The translations under genes were made by a program, and so were the position numbers. DNA of 62,629 bases, filler included, from Albugo candida (taxonomy: Eukaryota): NCBI GenBank assembly GCA_040437565.1. It is 3 parts of 3 records of this genome, joined end to end, with 100 filler letters (N's around TTAATTAATTAA, not from the genome) between each part and the next. Parts side by side here need not be neighbours in the genome. Positions count along the whole stretch, not along the records: positions 24,351 to 47,187 come from JBDOQK010000101.1; positions 47,288 to 62,629 come from JBDOQK010000105.1; 1 more part is not named here. One strand, 5' to 3'. Shown here piece by piece: positions 38,301 through 51,179 of this stretch. A model generated the notes under the pieces. That model did no database searches and was not told the DNA's origin. It saw only the letters and a list, made by a program, of their open reading frames with translations. Within the stretch, counting starts at the first letter, position 1, and every line of letters starts with the position of its first letter.

Positions 38301-40218
38301 CTCTACAAGACACGATAAAGACAAATTTTTGAAGTTGAAAGGATTGGTGTATTTGAAATCAGACCACAATGTCGAACACTTGTGTGTCCCAAACTTACAA
38401 AATTGGCACTAACATAATCAGTGAATCGCACGACGACCAACAGCAGCACATCCGGGAATCTAGCGCAATAAATACAAGATAGCACAGTGGTGTTACTGAC
38501 GAACATTACAGAATGATGTAAGATCTTATGTAGCGACATGTGAAACATGTATGGGATGGTAATCCAGCAACCTCAAAAAGCTCATGCCCATTTAGTTCCA
38601 AAAAATGTTGGGAAGTAGTATCTATGGACTTTGCGGTAGGTCTATCAGTTTCGAAAGGATATGACTCAATTATGTCGTTTGTGAGGGATATACCAACAAA
38701 TACGAGGGAAGCTGCCGCAGAAGTGACTCAGATATTTTTTGATGCAGTCATATGCCATGACNNNNNNNNNNNNNNNNNNNNNNNNNNNNNNNNNNNNNNN
38801 NNNNNNNNNNNNNNNNNNNNNNNNNNNNNNNNNNNNNNNNNNNNNNNNNNNNNNNNNNNNNAAAGCTCATGCCCATTTAGTTCCAAAAAATGTTGGGAAG
38901 TAGTATCTATGGACTTTGCGGTAGGTCTATCAGTTTCGAAAGGATATGACTCAATTATGTCGTTTGTGAGGGATATACCAACAAATACGAGGGAAGCTGC
39001 CGCAGAAGTGACTCAGATATTTTTTGATGCAGTCATATGCCATGACGGATTACCGCGAGTTATCGTAAGCATTATAGACCCGAGATTGACCACTTAATTT
39101 TGGAGGTCACTCATGCAACTGACGGGAGTGAAATTGAGCATGTTGACTGCACATCAGGCTCAGCGCGATGGACAAACCGGGCGCCAGAACTTGGCGCTCG
39201 AAGATGCATCTAGGTGCATAGTTTCGAACCATGGATTGATTGGATTAATCATATGAGTGCCATAGAGTGTGCACACGCAACACTTATTAGTACGCCGACA
39301 AAGCTGTCCCCGTTTCAAATTGTTACGGGTCACCAATTGTACGCGCTTTCTCAGAATGAGTATTTAATGTTAAAACGAATATTACAGTTGCATATTATGC
39401 TCAAAAGTTTGTGAACCATCGCAATAAGTTAGCTGAACTCATGCAGAAAATCTTACTCGCCGCGCAGACACGGCAGAAGCAGTATTGGGACAGAAACTGT
39501 CGAGAAGCCGACTTTAATGAGAGAGATTTAGTCCTTCTGGATACAAAAAATCCAACCGTAAGATTCTCCATGGCCGATGGAGCCGAAACAACGTCTAAAC
39601 TGGCTTCAAGTCGAAGAGAGTCATTCCCCATCATCAGGATGCTTAATCAGAAGGTTGCGAAGCTCCAGTTACCTTCAAAACTATCTCGCTTGCATCCAAC
39701 TTCTAATGTTGCGTTTTTGACACAGTACGCGCCGAGACCAAGCAACTTCCGAACGAGGCTGATATCAAAGTCAGCGCCTGTCGTTGTGGACGATAAAGGT
39801 CTGGAGTTCCTCATTGCGGACAAACTGTTGAAAGTTCGGAACCTCAAATGTCTTTGTCAATGGCTTGTTGGATGGCACGGTTATCAAGAGTATGACGCAC
39901 TTGCGAATGTGAGAAAGACATCTTGCACGTTTCGCATTGGTCGACCTACTGACACAATTCAACGACCACCAACACGGATTCAAGTCCGGGGGGGGGGGTC
40001 ATAACAAACATGTTAAGAACATGTTTCTGACCGATTGATGTACACGTCATTATCCGAAGTGCATATTCTACAGCTTGCGTAAGTACACGTGTTCTACGAT
40101 GTCATATGACTGTTTTGCAGGAGCAATCGTGCCAGGGGAAAGGCTCAGAGGTAGGGTAGCAAACTAAGAACCTTTCCAAGTGATTTAAACACTTATTTTT
40201 TTCAAGAACGCCACGACA
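35359..40218 (+). mobile_element. Ty3/Gypsy (chromovirus-like) 3' part: RT C-terminus, RNaseH, integrase, chromodomain, PPT, probable LTR; interrupted by a MULE
   Basis: KSSFGLPAVDFLGH and FLGLAGYYR continue the RT that stopped at about 29525. RNaseH HNVVVDALSR; integrase WEVVSMDFAVGL and QRDGQT; chromo QWLVGWHGY; poly-G PPT at 39988-39998. LTR end approximate. Confidence 0.85.
35811..37808 (+). mobile_element. Mutator-like (MULE) DNA transposon with TIRs, internally deleted and decayed
   Basis: TIR AGGGAATTGTTATATTCACTCCCTTTT / AAAAGGGAGTGAATATAACAATTCCCT with ATATAT on both flanks. FAR1-like EHNH..YSTHRKLT, MULE core IVTDRELA..VF..WHINK and C-terminal knuckle RCGECRIMDHNRRS. Confidence 0.9.
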
Positions 40219-41827
40219 GGTTAGGTTGAACGCCCGTTCAAGTCAGAATATTTTGCGACACAGCGTGCGCTCAAAAGAGAAGTCTGCCAGCGTGTGAGCA
40301 GTTATTGTGAATGTAAAGTTTCGATGTAAGCGATATTTGCTTCTACGAACGTTAAAGGAACGCCATATCACTAAAATAAGAGAAGAAAGGCAGCTACAAT
40401 GTTCATACAAAAATCATTGCAGCATGGTGGCCAGCACCTTTCAAGCTTTCACCTATACACTGAAAAAATTTGAGACAATGCTGAACTATTGTATACTCCA
40501 AATCAGGCTGAATCCTCTCATGTATTTAAATATAGTCAATAACTTGACACAACTGTCTGGGATCTATCAATGTAGTCCCGTAATGGCGGTAGACCTTGCT
40601 CCACCCGCACGAAATCTTTCGACCGCCAAACATTGATCTTGAAAGTAACTTATATTGAATAAAATATTTGTGTTAGTGACATGATCTACAATAGTATGGT
40701 TTCAATAAGTGGTGATTCTTACTTACACAAAGTCAAAGCTGATCGAAACTGTCATCTTCTCCCAATAAATAAATGTTGCCTCCACATGTGAGCAGTACGT
40801 GTGATCATTAACGCAAGGAACCTCTGATATCATTGTATGATCAAAAGAATCAATAGCCATGTTTGTCGGTGCTGAGGAAATTCCTCCAGTCCAATGGCTG
40901 AAAGAGTTATGAAAATTGTATCACGTATGTAGGCATAACTCATCGCACAAATTGCCCAGCTGACCGTTGCTATATTTATCCCACGGTTTCACTTCATTTC
41001 CCAATGTTACTCTTGGAAAGCATTTTTGATGGGCCCGTTTATATACCCGTGACCTGAAACGAAACCTGCTAATCAGATTACGATCCAGGAGCGTCGGTAA
41101 TACAAGGAAGAGCTTATAGAGATGTAGTTGATCATGTCCGTGTGAGCTGATGATCATTTCGAAGCGGCGGTCGTACAAGCGTTAAAATACTGTCATAAAT
41201 TATCTGATAGGAAACGACTATCCTCGTCCTGTCCATGAGATTCAAGTCCGTAAACTGAGACATGAATGTGGAATGTCGCATGATTGCCGGGTTCATTCAC
41301 TAGTGTGAGATCTGCGATGCAAGAATTCACTCGAACGTCCCAGGTCTTGACCCATAGCATCACGATAATTCTTCAGTATCAATTGACCAGTATCAATGAG
41401 TTATGTCATCGTACCTTCCCTTGTGATGAAGTACTGGTCTCAGAAAAGATGAATAGATCGGAATAATTCATCAATGAACTTTAATCCGTTAATCAATCAG
41501 TACAAGCTACTTTTGGAAACAAAATCGAATGGATAAGTGTACCGAGTGATGTTGTCAGATCGCATATCGCATTCATGAATCGTATTTCTTGCTCGTTCCA
41601 CACAAAAAATGGCCGCATCTATCACCGAAGAGTTTAAATGGAACTATCTTAAGATACTATCATAAAAAGCTTACCAGTAGACTTCAAAAAAACGCATTGC
41701 ACACGACCTTCTGTATTGTATCTACTTAGCTCATTTTCCTGTTGAACATACTTTTATGATGCAGCAAGAGCTCAAACCTAACTTTACCAAAGAAGCTATA
41801 ATATTAGAAGAAAGGGCACCATCTATA

Positions 41828-43022
41828 AAGAATTCCTAAACTCATCCCATGCATTTTTAGCCAATCATATTTCATTATGTCAGTTAGTCATTTTTGATAT
41901 TCTTAGCCAATCGCTCTTGTTCCTTTTAACCAATTACGAACAGCGACGTCGAAATCGATCGTCAATCATCTACCTTCCCGCAAGATGTCTATCACTAGCC
42001 TCCTCGACTTGATGTGGATCTCTCTAGAGGACGCTGAACAAGCAATTGGAGCTGCGGCACTCTCTGACGGCTTTCCAGTGAAAGTTGACGGATCCAGAAA
42101 AGTCGGAAACCGTCCTGAGAACGAAGTGTGAGTGAAATAATTTGAAGTGCGAGCATGCTGGTAGTCATCACGATCCAGATCACCCCGAAAACGCAAGGTA
42201 ACGAATCCATAAATGCTTTAACTTTCCAAGTCACCTTAAAGCGCAGGGGGCCAGGAGCTTGGCAGTTGGAGATAGATAATAGTACTCACAACCATGACCT
42301 TATGCACCTCAGTGCATATTCCACTTTTAAATTTGCTCTCTAGTGCACAAGTGATATTCACACTGCACCACACGAAGAGTAACTTAAACGCAACATTCAT
42401 ACTACCTCCAGCCTTCTTCGCTCTTTCAACGAACTCCCAGCCACTCAACCAAGCACTAAGCCCGGTTCATACCAGTCCTCAAACCTTCTCCAGCGTTCTC
42501 AGCCACTCGACTTGCTTTCCAGTCCGGTTTCGAACCTACTACAGCGTTCTACATCTCGCGAAGTCCGCTACAACTTTTGCGAATCTTCGTACAGTCTGCT
42601 GCAACTTTTGCCAATCTCTGCGAAGTCCGCTACAACACTTTTCCAGTCTTCGCAAAACCGATCTTACCAATCTTATTGGTGGAACTCAGCTTCGCTTTCT
42701 TTCATTGGCGGAACCCTNNNNNNNNNNNNNNNNNNNNNNNNNNNNNNNNNNNNNNNNNNNNNNNNNNNNNNNNNNNNNNNNNNNNNNNNNNNNNNNNNNN
42801 NNNNNNNNNNNNNNNNNTCCAGGCAGAAAATAAAACTCAGATTTCTACTCCACAAACCCGTCGCCTTCCCAAGTGCAGTATTTATCAAGCAACAGGACAT
42901 AATGCCAGGAGTTGCAAATTGCGTCCTGCATCAAGTTCCCTTTTAATCAGTCAAAAATGACTAATTAAAATAATGAAATATGATTGGCTAAATTAATGCA
43001 TGGGGTGAGTTTAGGAATTCCC
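41828..43022 (+). mobile_element. Second MULE element with about 65-bp TIRs, carrying an inserted LINE 5' end and a gap
   Basis: Left AAGAATTCCTAAACTCATCCCATGCA..TTAGCCAATCATATTTCATTAT is the reverse complement of the right end (42945-43022). FAR1-like WQLEIDNSTHNHDL..AYST and knuckle PKCSIYQATGHNARSC. Confidence 0.85.
42321..42717 (+). mobile_element. 5' end/UTR of a LINE related to the 18S-targeting family, at a non-rDNA site
   Basis: CCACTTTTAAATTTGCTCTCTAGTGCACAAGTGATATTCACAC matches the first about 43 nt of the elements at 47418, 54977 and 61946, followed by a C/T-rich UTR with internal subrepeats. Confidence 0.8.
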
Positions 43023-43192
43023 TATTTATATTCTTCCTATTCACCATTCAATCACCATGTGAAGGATAACTGTTCTAATTTGTCGTTACCGAGCCGCTAA
43101 TCTCCATCGTATTTCGAATTAGTACGAGATTGCGCAAGCAAAGGCAGAACAATGGACTCCCGTTCACCATTTCGTATATTCTGCAGGTCCTA

Positions 43193-44979
43193 CACTCCGT
43201 GCCATAAAGATAGGGACACGTGTTTTTAATAGAAAAAGATGTGAAAAAGTGTAGATTGATTGCAATATACATCCATCAGATCGAAATAAGCCCGGGCGGT
43301 TTGGAATCTTTACTCAAAGTCAGAATTGGATTTTTCAATCCATAGTTATGAGCAAAAAAGTGAACGTCAAAATGATAAGGAACACTGCTATATTGCGCGT
43401 TCCTCGACTTTAGTTACTGCTTTTAAGCTTTAAGAAAGGGGCTAGTAGTGCGTCCTGAACCCCTGTAGCTCAATGACCTCCAAGCAGTGATCGCTCAATG
43501 ATTTCAAAAGCGCATATAGCGATTCTTGGATGATTTCTGACCACGCTCTCCTGACTGCCGCTTCAATCTCACCAACCGAGTGATATTGGCGCCCGTTACC
43601 GTACACAGCACGCGCAATGTCACCCCAGAGAATCTCTATGGGATTTAGGTCCGGCGAAAGAGACAGCCACCTCATCACCTTGATGTTGAGATCCTTGGGA
43701 GAGGCACCGGTCGATTCAGATGCATGGATACTTGCGTTATCATGCTGAATTTCGTGGCCATGTTGATGTTCACGAACTGCGAAAGGTAAGAGATGGTAGG
43801 TTAGCTTCTCCTGGTAGTCAAACGAGTTCTGGCGATCGTTTGATGTGGCCAAGGATGTCAACCCTTTTGCGGAGAAACCGCCCCAGACCATGAAGCCACC
43901 CCCTTCACTTTGATGGTTATATGATTTCCTTGCTTCAAGCCAGATATCGTGCTAATAATACTTGCAACCGTCTGGTCCATCCAGCGTGAACCGCTTCTCG
44001 TCTGAAAAGTTGATCCGGTCCCAGTCAGTGCAATCTTTGAGCTTATGTTTGGACCATTGAGCCGTGCCGTGTGGTGGCTCCTGGTGAATTTCGGCGTGGG
44101 TTTCATTTTCTTGTAGACAAGATGAGGCGCTCGCTGGAGGAAGCGCTGAACGGTCCTCTTGCTCACCTATGGGATCACCGTGCTGGCGGTGGAAGCAGCG
44201 GACAAATCACCGCTGATTGCGGCATGGATGATGCACCGCACATCACGCAGGCCGAGTTTCGGCTTCGTTCCAGAGCTCTTTTTCACTCCATAGNNNNNNN
44301 NNNNNNNNNNNNNNNNNNNNNNNNNNNNNNNNNNNNNNNNNNNNNNNNNNNNNNNNNNNNNNNNNNNNNNNNNNNNNNNNNNNNNNNNNNNNNCCACCGC
44401 CAGCACGGTGGAAGCAGCGGACAAATCACCGCTGATTGCGGCATGGATGATGCACCGCACATCACGCAGGCCGAGTTTCGGCTTCGTTCCAGAGCTCTTT
44501 TTCACTCCATAGCCATCAGGATTTCTTAGTTGAGCGTGTAGGACGTTTGTGGAGCGCCCTAGGCTCGAAGCAACTGCCCGTAGAGTTTCTTTGTTCGACC
44601 TGAGGGCGTCAATTTGCCCTTTCTCGTACTCTCTCAGAGCCGGCTTTCGCCCCATGGCTTCGGTCTAAAAAACACTAAACTCGACGATGAGCACGCAGAA
44701 AACATTCAAGAGAATCCATCCATGTTGGCTGGAGGCGAAAAAAGTGCGTTATCTACCTGTGTGGTCGAGTGGTGGTGGTGTACTTTATCAATATGTCGCG
44801 CAGGTCTGTGTACCTTTCCGCCAAATTTCCCATTTCCACTTATCCGATCAGCACAAAAAAGCACCTAAATATTTGTCATAACGTAGAAAAATGTTTTATT
44901 CAATCAGTAGTCGAAACAAAGGAAAATCAAGCACAATTCAGCAAATAAACGGTTGTCCCTATATATATGGTGCGGAGTG
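43193..44979 (-). mobile_element. Tc1/Tc3-like DD34E transposon with TIRs and TA target duplication (transposase 43442-44655, disrupted)
   Basis: TA|CACTCCGTGCCATAAAGATAGGGACA ... TGTCCCTATATATATGGTGCGGAGTG|TA. Motifs FSDEKRFTLDGPDG, MVWGGFS, QHDNASIH-(34)-E in SPDLNPIE. Confidence 0.93.
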
Positions 44980-46144
44980 TATAACGGAATAAAAAAGTTG
45001 TAGAAGAACAATTATTAGTGGTCTGGCTGTGTCTGACTTAATTGCTCAGTTTAATAGCAGAATAATATAAGGGTCGTTTTCATGCATCGATCTTATTTGG
45101 AATCGACTACAATCTGTTCAATTGTTATGACATGTATTAAATACATCTTGGGCATTGCCAAAGGTAGAATACGATTGATGTACTATATAGAAGTAAAATT
45201 GAGGAAGAGATTACCAACCGAATCTTCCTACTTGATGCTCCAATTTAATGCTTTGTTGTTAAGCGACAACGACTTCTAGGCTAAAAAAAGACATGTGAGC
45301 TTCTTTACTAGTGAGCCAAAAGTGTACAACGACATTCATCAAAGATTTATCTTTCTGAATTGAAAATATCTACAGTATCGTACATTGATTTCGTTTCGCT
45401 GAGTGTCGCGGTTGTGCAGGAATGAATTCAAAATCGAGCTCCTCAACCTCATTGTCTTCATTTTGGTAAGCTGTATCCAGACTAACCTCTAGATCAACGA
45501 CACGGTTTTCCACAGCTTGTAAATTACTGGGAAGCTCTTCATTTATCTCTTGATTCTGGCTCTGACCCAGAAAAAGCTCTTCCAGACGAGTAACGCGATC
45601 TTGTACCTGCTGCATCTGCCCATCATGTTCCACCACCGGTTGCGGAATACGCGCCTGAGTTTGTGGGGGCCCGTCTCATTCTTGGCATCCACATCCCCGT
45701 CAATGAGCTGAAAAAATCGGGTCTTCGTCACGCTTTGGACGAATCTCGTCTCTTCAACGAGGAGTCCGTTTTCGTCCATCTGCTGGTAGAGCTTCCTCTA
45801 ATGGCGAGGAATGCTCCGTGCCAACATCGACCTACGTCCAGCACAAGGAGCAAGACAAATTCCTCTGAGATCACGTCATTCAGACATTGCTTTCAAAAGT
45901 GAGTGCATTTGTCGTTTTGCTAAATGCTTTTCTACCCTGCTCATTCAAACTTTAATAGCTAGGGTACGTTTGGTCACAATCAAGAAATTTTCGAGCGTCT
46001 AATAGAAGGGTTGCAAGCAACATTGTTGTACAAGGTACCAACTTTTTCCAACTTAGCCCCTTTCGAAGTTTATTCCAATTATTAGCTTTGATCTGTTTCG
46101 TTTATGATAAATAATGTGGACCACCATATAAGTGGAGGCATTTT

Positions 46145-47187
46145 TATTGAACCTGATTTCACTTAATCAGTGTGGACCATATCAGGCTGATCAACTTTCA
46201 GCTATTGGACAATAAATTAGTGGCTGTGGGCGTCTAATACGAGAAGGCCTAGACTAGCTAGCAAAGTGAACTAAGGACCTCCTACATTTATTATATCTTA
46301 CTTATCAAATTTTATCTAAAGTGTTCGAAAGGTTATGAGCCCAAATACTCAGAACGCGGTCCACAAACTCCTTGGCGAAGACAATTACTTTAGATGGTAG
46401 TTCAACGCGCGTATGAAGCTGATGAAGAAGGGTTTGCTGCATCATATTGACAAGTCAGATTCACTCAGCGAAGATCCTGCAGCTTTGGCAATCTGGAAAG
46501 TCAACGACCTTAAAGCCTTCGTAATCATTTCAATGTCAATCAACCCGAGTCTCCAGGCAATGATCAGAGGCGCTTGTACAACCTCTCAGTTATGGGAGAT
46601 TCTAAAGAATTTTTACCTTCGAAATAGTATACACAACAGAGTACGAAACGGGCGAAGTTTCATGATTCAGAATGGAAAAGAGTCAGCATATTGAGGAACA
46701 TTTTATGAAATCCGATGAATTATGCCTTTCGATGCAAGCTTGTGGGGATGGGATTAATATGGATGAGCAATTAGTAATATTGCTTGGGACCTTCTCGGAT
46801 GAGTACGATCCATAATCAAAATTATCGAAAATGTCCAAGGGATGGATCTTTTTCAAGCAAAAGAAATGCTGCATCGGGAGTATGCACTATTGGTGAAAGA
46901 AGAGACAAGAGAAATTGCTCTAATAGCAAAAGCAATGAAGAAGTCGGAAAGATTCGACGCAAGAAAATCTCTTCAAAAGACTTACAAATTCGAAGGAAAA
47001 TGTTATCACTGTAAAAAAAGTGGACATAAAAAGGCAGCCTGTTGGAAGAATGGGAAACAAAAGAAAGAGTACAATGAACAAGCATTCAAAGTGTGTGAAG
47101 ACATGGCTGAAGGTTAGCTACTCGATAGTGGAGAAAGCAGCCATATGTACCCATTCAACAAAGAGTTCAGTGAGCTCCGACCACACA
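46145..47187 (+). mobile_element. Ty1/Copia 5' part (degenerate LTR 46145-46330, PBS, gag, protease start)
   Basis: PBS-like GGTTATGAGCCC at 46331; gag KLLGEDNYFRW..RMKLMKKGL; knuckle CYHCKKSGHKKAAC; protease LLDSGESSHM. Cut by a gap. Confidence 0.88.
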
Positions 47188-47287
47188 NNNNNNNNNNNNN
47201 NNNNNNNNNNNNNNNNNNNNNNNNNNNNNNNTTAATTAATTAANNNNNNNNNNNNNNNNNNNNNNNNNNNNNNNNNNNNNNNNNNNN
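47188..47287. other. Assembly gap with artificial linker TTAATTAATTAA (47232-47243)
   Basis: Same linker as at 24295; adjacency across it is not biological evidence. Confidence 0.95.
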
Positions 47288-47417
47288 ACACTCCTAAAAG
47301 AAGCGGACCGGACGCTCGAATCAGAAATCCAACTACGAGCTTTTTAACTGCAACAACTTTAATATACGCTATTGGAGCTGGAATTACCGCGGCTGCTGGC
47401 ACCAGACTTGCCCTACA
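47288..47417 (-). rRNA. 18S rRNA: 18S rRNA gene fragment (helix 18/530 loop through start of V4), interrupted by LINE insertion
   Basis: The reverse complement reads ..AGGGCAAGTCTGGTGCCAGCAGCCGCGGTAATTCCAGCTCCAATAGCGTATATTAAAGTTGTTGCAGTTAAAAAGCTCGTAGTTGGATTTCTG.., the universally conserved eukaryotic SSU segment. Confidence 0.97.
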
Positions 47418-47927
47418 CTTTTAAATTTGCTCTCTAGTACGCAAGTGACATTCACACCGTACTTCTACGAGACAATCAGCAACCAGCATTCACGCAGAAT
47501 TCGCGTGTCTTATCAGCCTTCCAACTACCAGTTCCTACCCTCACTCAACCTTTCCCTGCCAACTTAATATCAACTCAGTCTTTCCGTTACCAACGTTCTC
47601 AACAGTGGTCTTTAACTTCGGTTTTTCTTTGGATCTTCCCGTGGACCAGCTTCGACGAACATTACTTCCGGCCTTTCCTTCTTTTGGTAGAAGCTCAAAC
47701 CAAGCCTTTCCCTCTTCGGAAGAATTCGACCAAGCCTTTCCCTCTTCAAGAAGAATTTGAAGTCCGTCCTTACCGGTCTTTCCTTCTTCGGTAGAAGTCG
47801 ACACCAGCCTTTTTCGTCCTTTCCTTCTCAGGAAGAACAGTACCTACAGAGTCTACCAGCCTTTCCGTTCGCACCTTTAGCGTCTTCTTTGGATCAAAGT
47901 TCCCTACTTCCGACCCTCGGGCCCAAT

Positions 47928-49519
47928 ATGGCACCAAAAACGGCCAAGACATTACCGGCCAAACAATCGGATCGACTGATCCGCGACAAATACCGCGAGG
48001 ACAACCCCCAATGTGGGCGTTACATTCCCAGCGATTCCTCCTTTTTCCAAGCCCTTAGTGAAGCATATGACTCTAATGCTTCTGAAGACACCATCAAAGC
48101 CCTCGCGGTACGTGAAGTGGCCAAATCATCGGTCGACCCAAGACTTAAGGTCGAACTTTTCATCCCCGCCCCCAAACTCACAACCATCTTCAGCTTAGAA
48201 GATGTTCTCGCTTCATTACACCGGGAGAACCAAAGCGACGTTTGGACAGCTTCACTTCCCCACGTATGCGACTTTGTGTGTGTACGAGGTCGTGGCATCA
48301 AGTTTCACTGCAATGATCGGGACATTGCGATCAAACTTGGTGGTTCCGCTATCCGCTGCCTGGGCAAGCAGCTTCAAATTCAGCCATACCGTCAATATGG
48401 TGAATGGTACTATGTCGACCTTCGAAACGTCCCCATTGGTGTTGGTGACTTGGAGATATTCGACTATTTCAAGACTTTCAACGTGCAATTTGGTATTGCA
48501 CCTTACGCACACCAAGGACCCCTTCAATCCCGTGATCGAACTATATGGTTCCGATCCAAGCAAGCCTCCATAGCATTACTCTCCAGAACCAATCAACCCC
48601 TCCGAGAGACCTTCTTTTCCGATCATGAGCACCCCAGTGTTCGTGCATCACAAGCACCGGGTCCTCAACAGAGTCACGCCACCTTCACTAGTGGTCAAAC
48701 AAGCCTCTTCGAAGCCACATCTACCCACTACGACTTGGACAAAGTATCAGCAACTCAAGTAGCGTCTTTAGACCCAACCCAGCGCAAAGTTCAACAAGAG
48801 CCTCGAGTGACTTTCGTCAAACTCTCCCCTTCGGTACCGTTCCAAGAATGGATTACGGTCTCTCACCAACTGGCATGTAGGACACCACCAATCCCTACTG
48901 CCAGTCAAATTATCGACGTTGTGGAGGAACACAACGACAATCAAGTCTCCTTCAACTTCCCAGTATAACCAACGGAATACCAGCTTGCGTTTCATCTTTT
49001 GAATGATGGCAATGAGGGGGAATCTATCACGTGCGATGTTATCGTCAACAACACATCAGAACGGGGTAAGCCCCTATCCTTCCGATACAATATCACGCAT
49101 GTTGGAGCAACATTGTATGCTACAAAATCCCAAAGTTGTCGCCAGAAGCTCAGGGTTCGTAGACATATCAAAGCACAAAAGCTTCTCTTCATGGATGAAA
49201 CGGAACCTGTAAGACTATCGTTGCGGCACAACCTCCCGCCATTGCTCCAGCTCTTCCGATACCTTCACCACGGCTTTCATGACTCGTCACCGAACACGCC
49301 ATCGTGCGCGCCATTTGCGCAGCACCAGATCGTACCTTTCGGGACTCCGACAATCTAATGGATCGACTACAAACCCATTCTGGTGCGGATATCCCGCCAC
49401 ATACTACGTTAATCGAAACCCTTCTGCCAACTCAAGATGCTCAAACCGCGGCCCATGCTCTCGCATTATTCGACCTTTACCTCCGATATTCCGCGGCGTC
49501 CATTTACATGGATCCACTT
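47928..49519 (+). pseudogene. LINE copy 1 ORF1 (RRM-like gag-type protein), disrupted
   Basis: MAPKTAKTLPAK..YYVDLRNVPIGVGDLEIFDYF; homologous to copy 2 ORF1 (YFVELNKVRIGLPDDSIVEHF) and copy 3. Confidence 0.8.
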
Positions 49520-50046
49520 CCAACTCACAAATGATTACACATGTGAGTCATTTTACCAATCTGAGTAATGCTGGTAATATTAATTCATCAAATGTTGGAA
49601 TGAGGCTTAGATTAGCTAATGTTGAACTGAGGACCTTAACGTTCATGCCACTTCTACATTTTTTTCTTCCAACACAAGCTCTATCAGGGAGGACAATTTA
49701 AACGAAGCTAAATGTGTTATGATAAAACCATATCAGCTATCTTCATTGGATAAAAATCATCAGTTTGCTCATTGGACTAATAAGCCAACAAGCAATGAGA
49801 ATGGACATCAAATGGATGGTAGGGACCTTAGTTCTAGAATATTCTGTAGCGCTAACGACCAGCCATATTATACTGGCTTCCCATTTCAACCTCTGAATAA
49901 TTACAAAGTGAACCATTTTGAGTCCGTCGCGTGGATCCATCCACGACTTTTGCACCATACATATGAACAAATTGAATGTCCAACAAAAAGTATTGGAGTC
50001 TGCTGTCTTCATTACTGAACCACAAATCACAAAATCTGTCAGCTGT

Positions 50047-50450
50047 AACCCTAAACCCTAAACCCTTAAATGTCAACCCAAACCTGCAATTCGATAGACG
50101 TACCCCTGAGTTCTGATCTCGGAAGCTAGAATTATACAGCTCTAGACTTAGAGCGTAAACCATTAGGTTCTCAGCCCTAAAGCATATACTATAATATTCT
50201 TAACCCTAAGTTCTAACCCATTTTGCTCTTTACCCTGAGGTCTTAACCATTTAGTACTTAACCCTAAGGCTTTAACCATTTAGTACTTAACCCTAAGGCT
50301 TTAACCATTTAGTACCTAACCCTAAGGCTTTAACCATTTTGTACTTAACCCTAAGGTCTTAACCATTTTGTACTTAACCCTCAATCAAATACCATGACGA
50401 TCTAACCCCAGAGTATAAACCGTAAGGTTCTACACCCTCAACCCTACACT
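50047..50450. repeat. Telomere-like (CCCTAAA-derived) tract including a 29-bp minisatellite, about 5 copies at 50243-50381
   Basis: AACCCTAAACCCTAAACCCT at 50047. Unit TTAACCATTTAGTACTTAACCCTAAGGCT starts at 50243, 50272, 50301, 50330 and 50359. Confidence 0.85.
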
Positions 50451-51179
50451 ATAAAGCATTAGGCTCCTAAACATTGAGTATCGTTTAGTTTGTCCAAGCC
50501 AAGGTTGGTAATTACATCAATTCCAGGCACAGATTACATTAAGCCACAAGTTCTTCGTCGACGAGACTTATTTGAGTCGTTGGTTGGAGATGACGGAGAT
50601 ATGCAAGGGCGGCGTGGATGGCGTAGGTGGGGGCATAGATAGCGTGTTTGTCGGTGATGGCGCAGTCCATTCACGATTAGGTGAAGAACTGGGCATTCGT
50701 TGTGCGTGGCGGTATCTGTCATATTACGAGAGGCGAGCGTCGGTGTAATGGCTGGGAATACTATAGCCGAAGGACAAAAGGTGTGGTACCAGTACTTGTG
50801 GGAACTACCGATGATCAGGTCGAGAAGGAGCGAGCTACACCGAATAAAACTTCCGAAAGAAACCTGTCTTCACCCAGAGCTAATTCCGGGGACGATAGAA
50901 ATGTTAACCTCGGCGTTTACAACTGGCGGGACAAGCTAGATTTCTCAAGCGTTAAACCCAGACCTCAGAGTAGTGACTATTCTATGTGGTGTCCTTTCTC
51001 TGGACTGAGTAAGGAAGGTGCTTCAGTTGTGATACACGGGTAGTCGTGCTCTAGAACGAGACCACCGATAAGCAAACCGTTAAGTCTGGAGTCAACAAGC
51101 AGCGTGCCAAAATAGAGGCGAAAAATTGTCGATAAATGGGGCGATCTGGCGGAAGGAAGGCCGATTGATCGAAGCGTTA

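Noticed and set aside
38577-39046. About 185-bp exact direct repeat flanking a 100-N gap (similarly 44187-44512)
   Set aside because: Unmerged contig overlap across a scaffold gap; assembly artefact, not a biological duplication.
40500-41750. Possible very old MULE-like transposase (WTGGISSAPTNMAIDSF) and unassigned ORFs at 45370-45800
   Set aside because: Only one weak motif and no TIRs identified; insufficient support.
50243-50381. 29-bp repeats as a CRISPR array
   Set aside because: Contiguous tandem units with no unique spacers, eukaryotic context and no cas genes.
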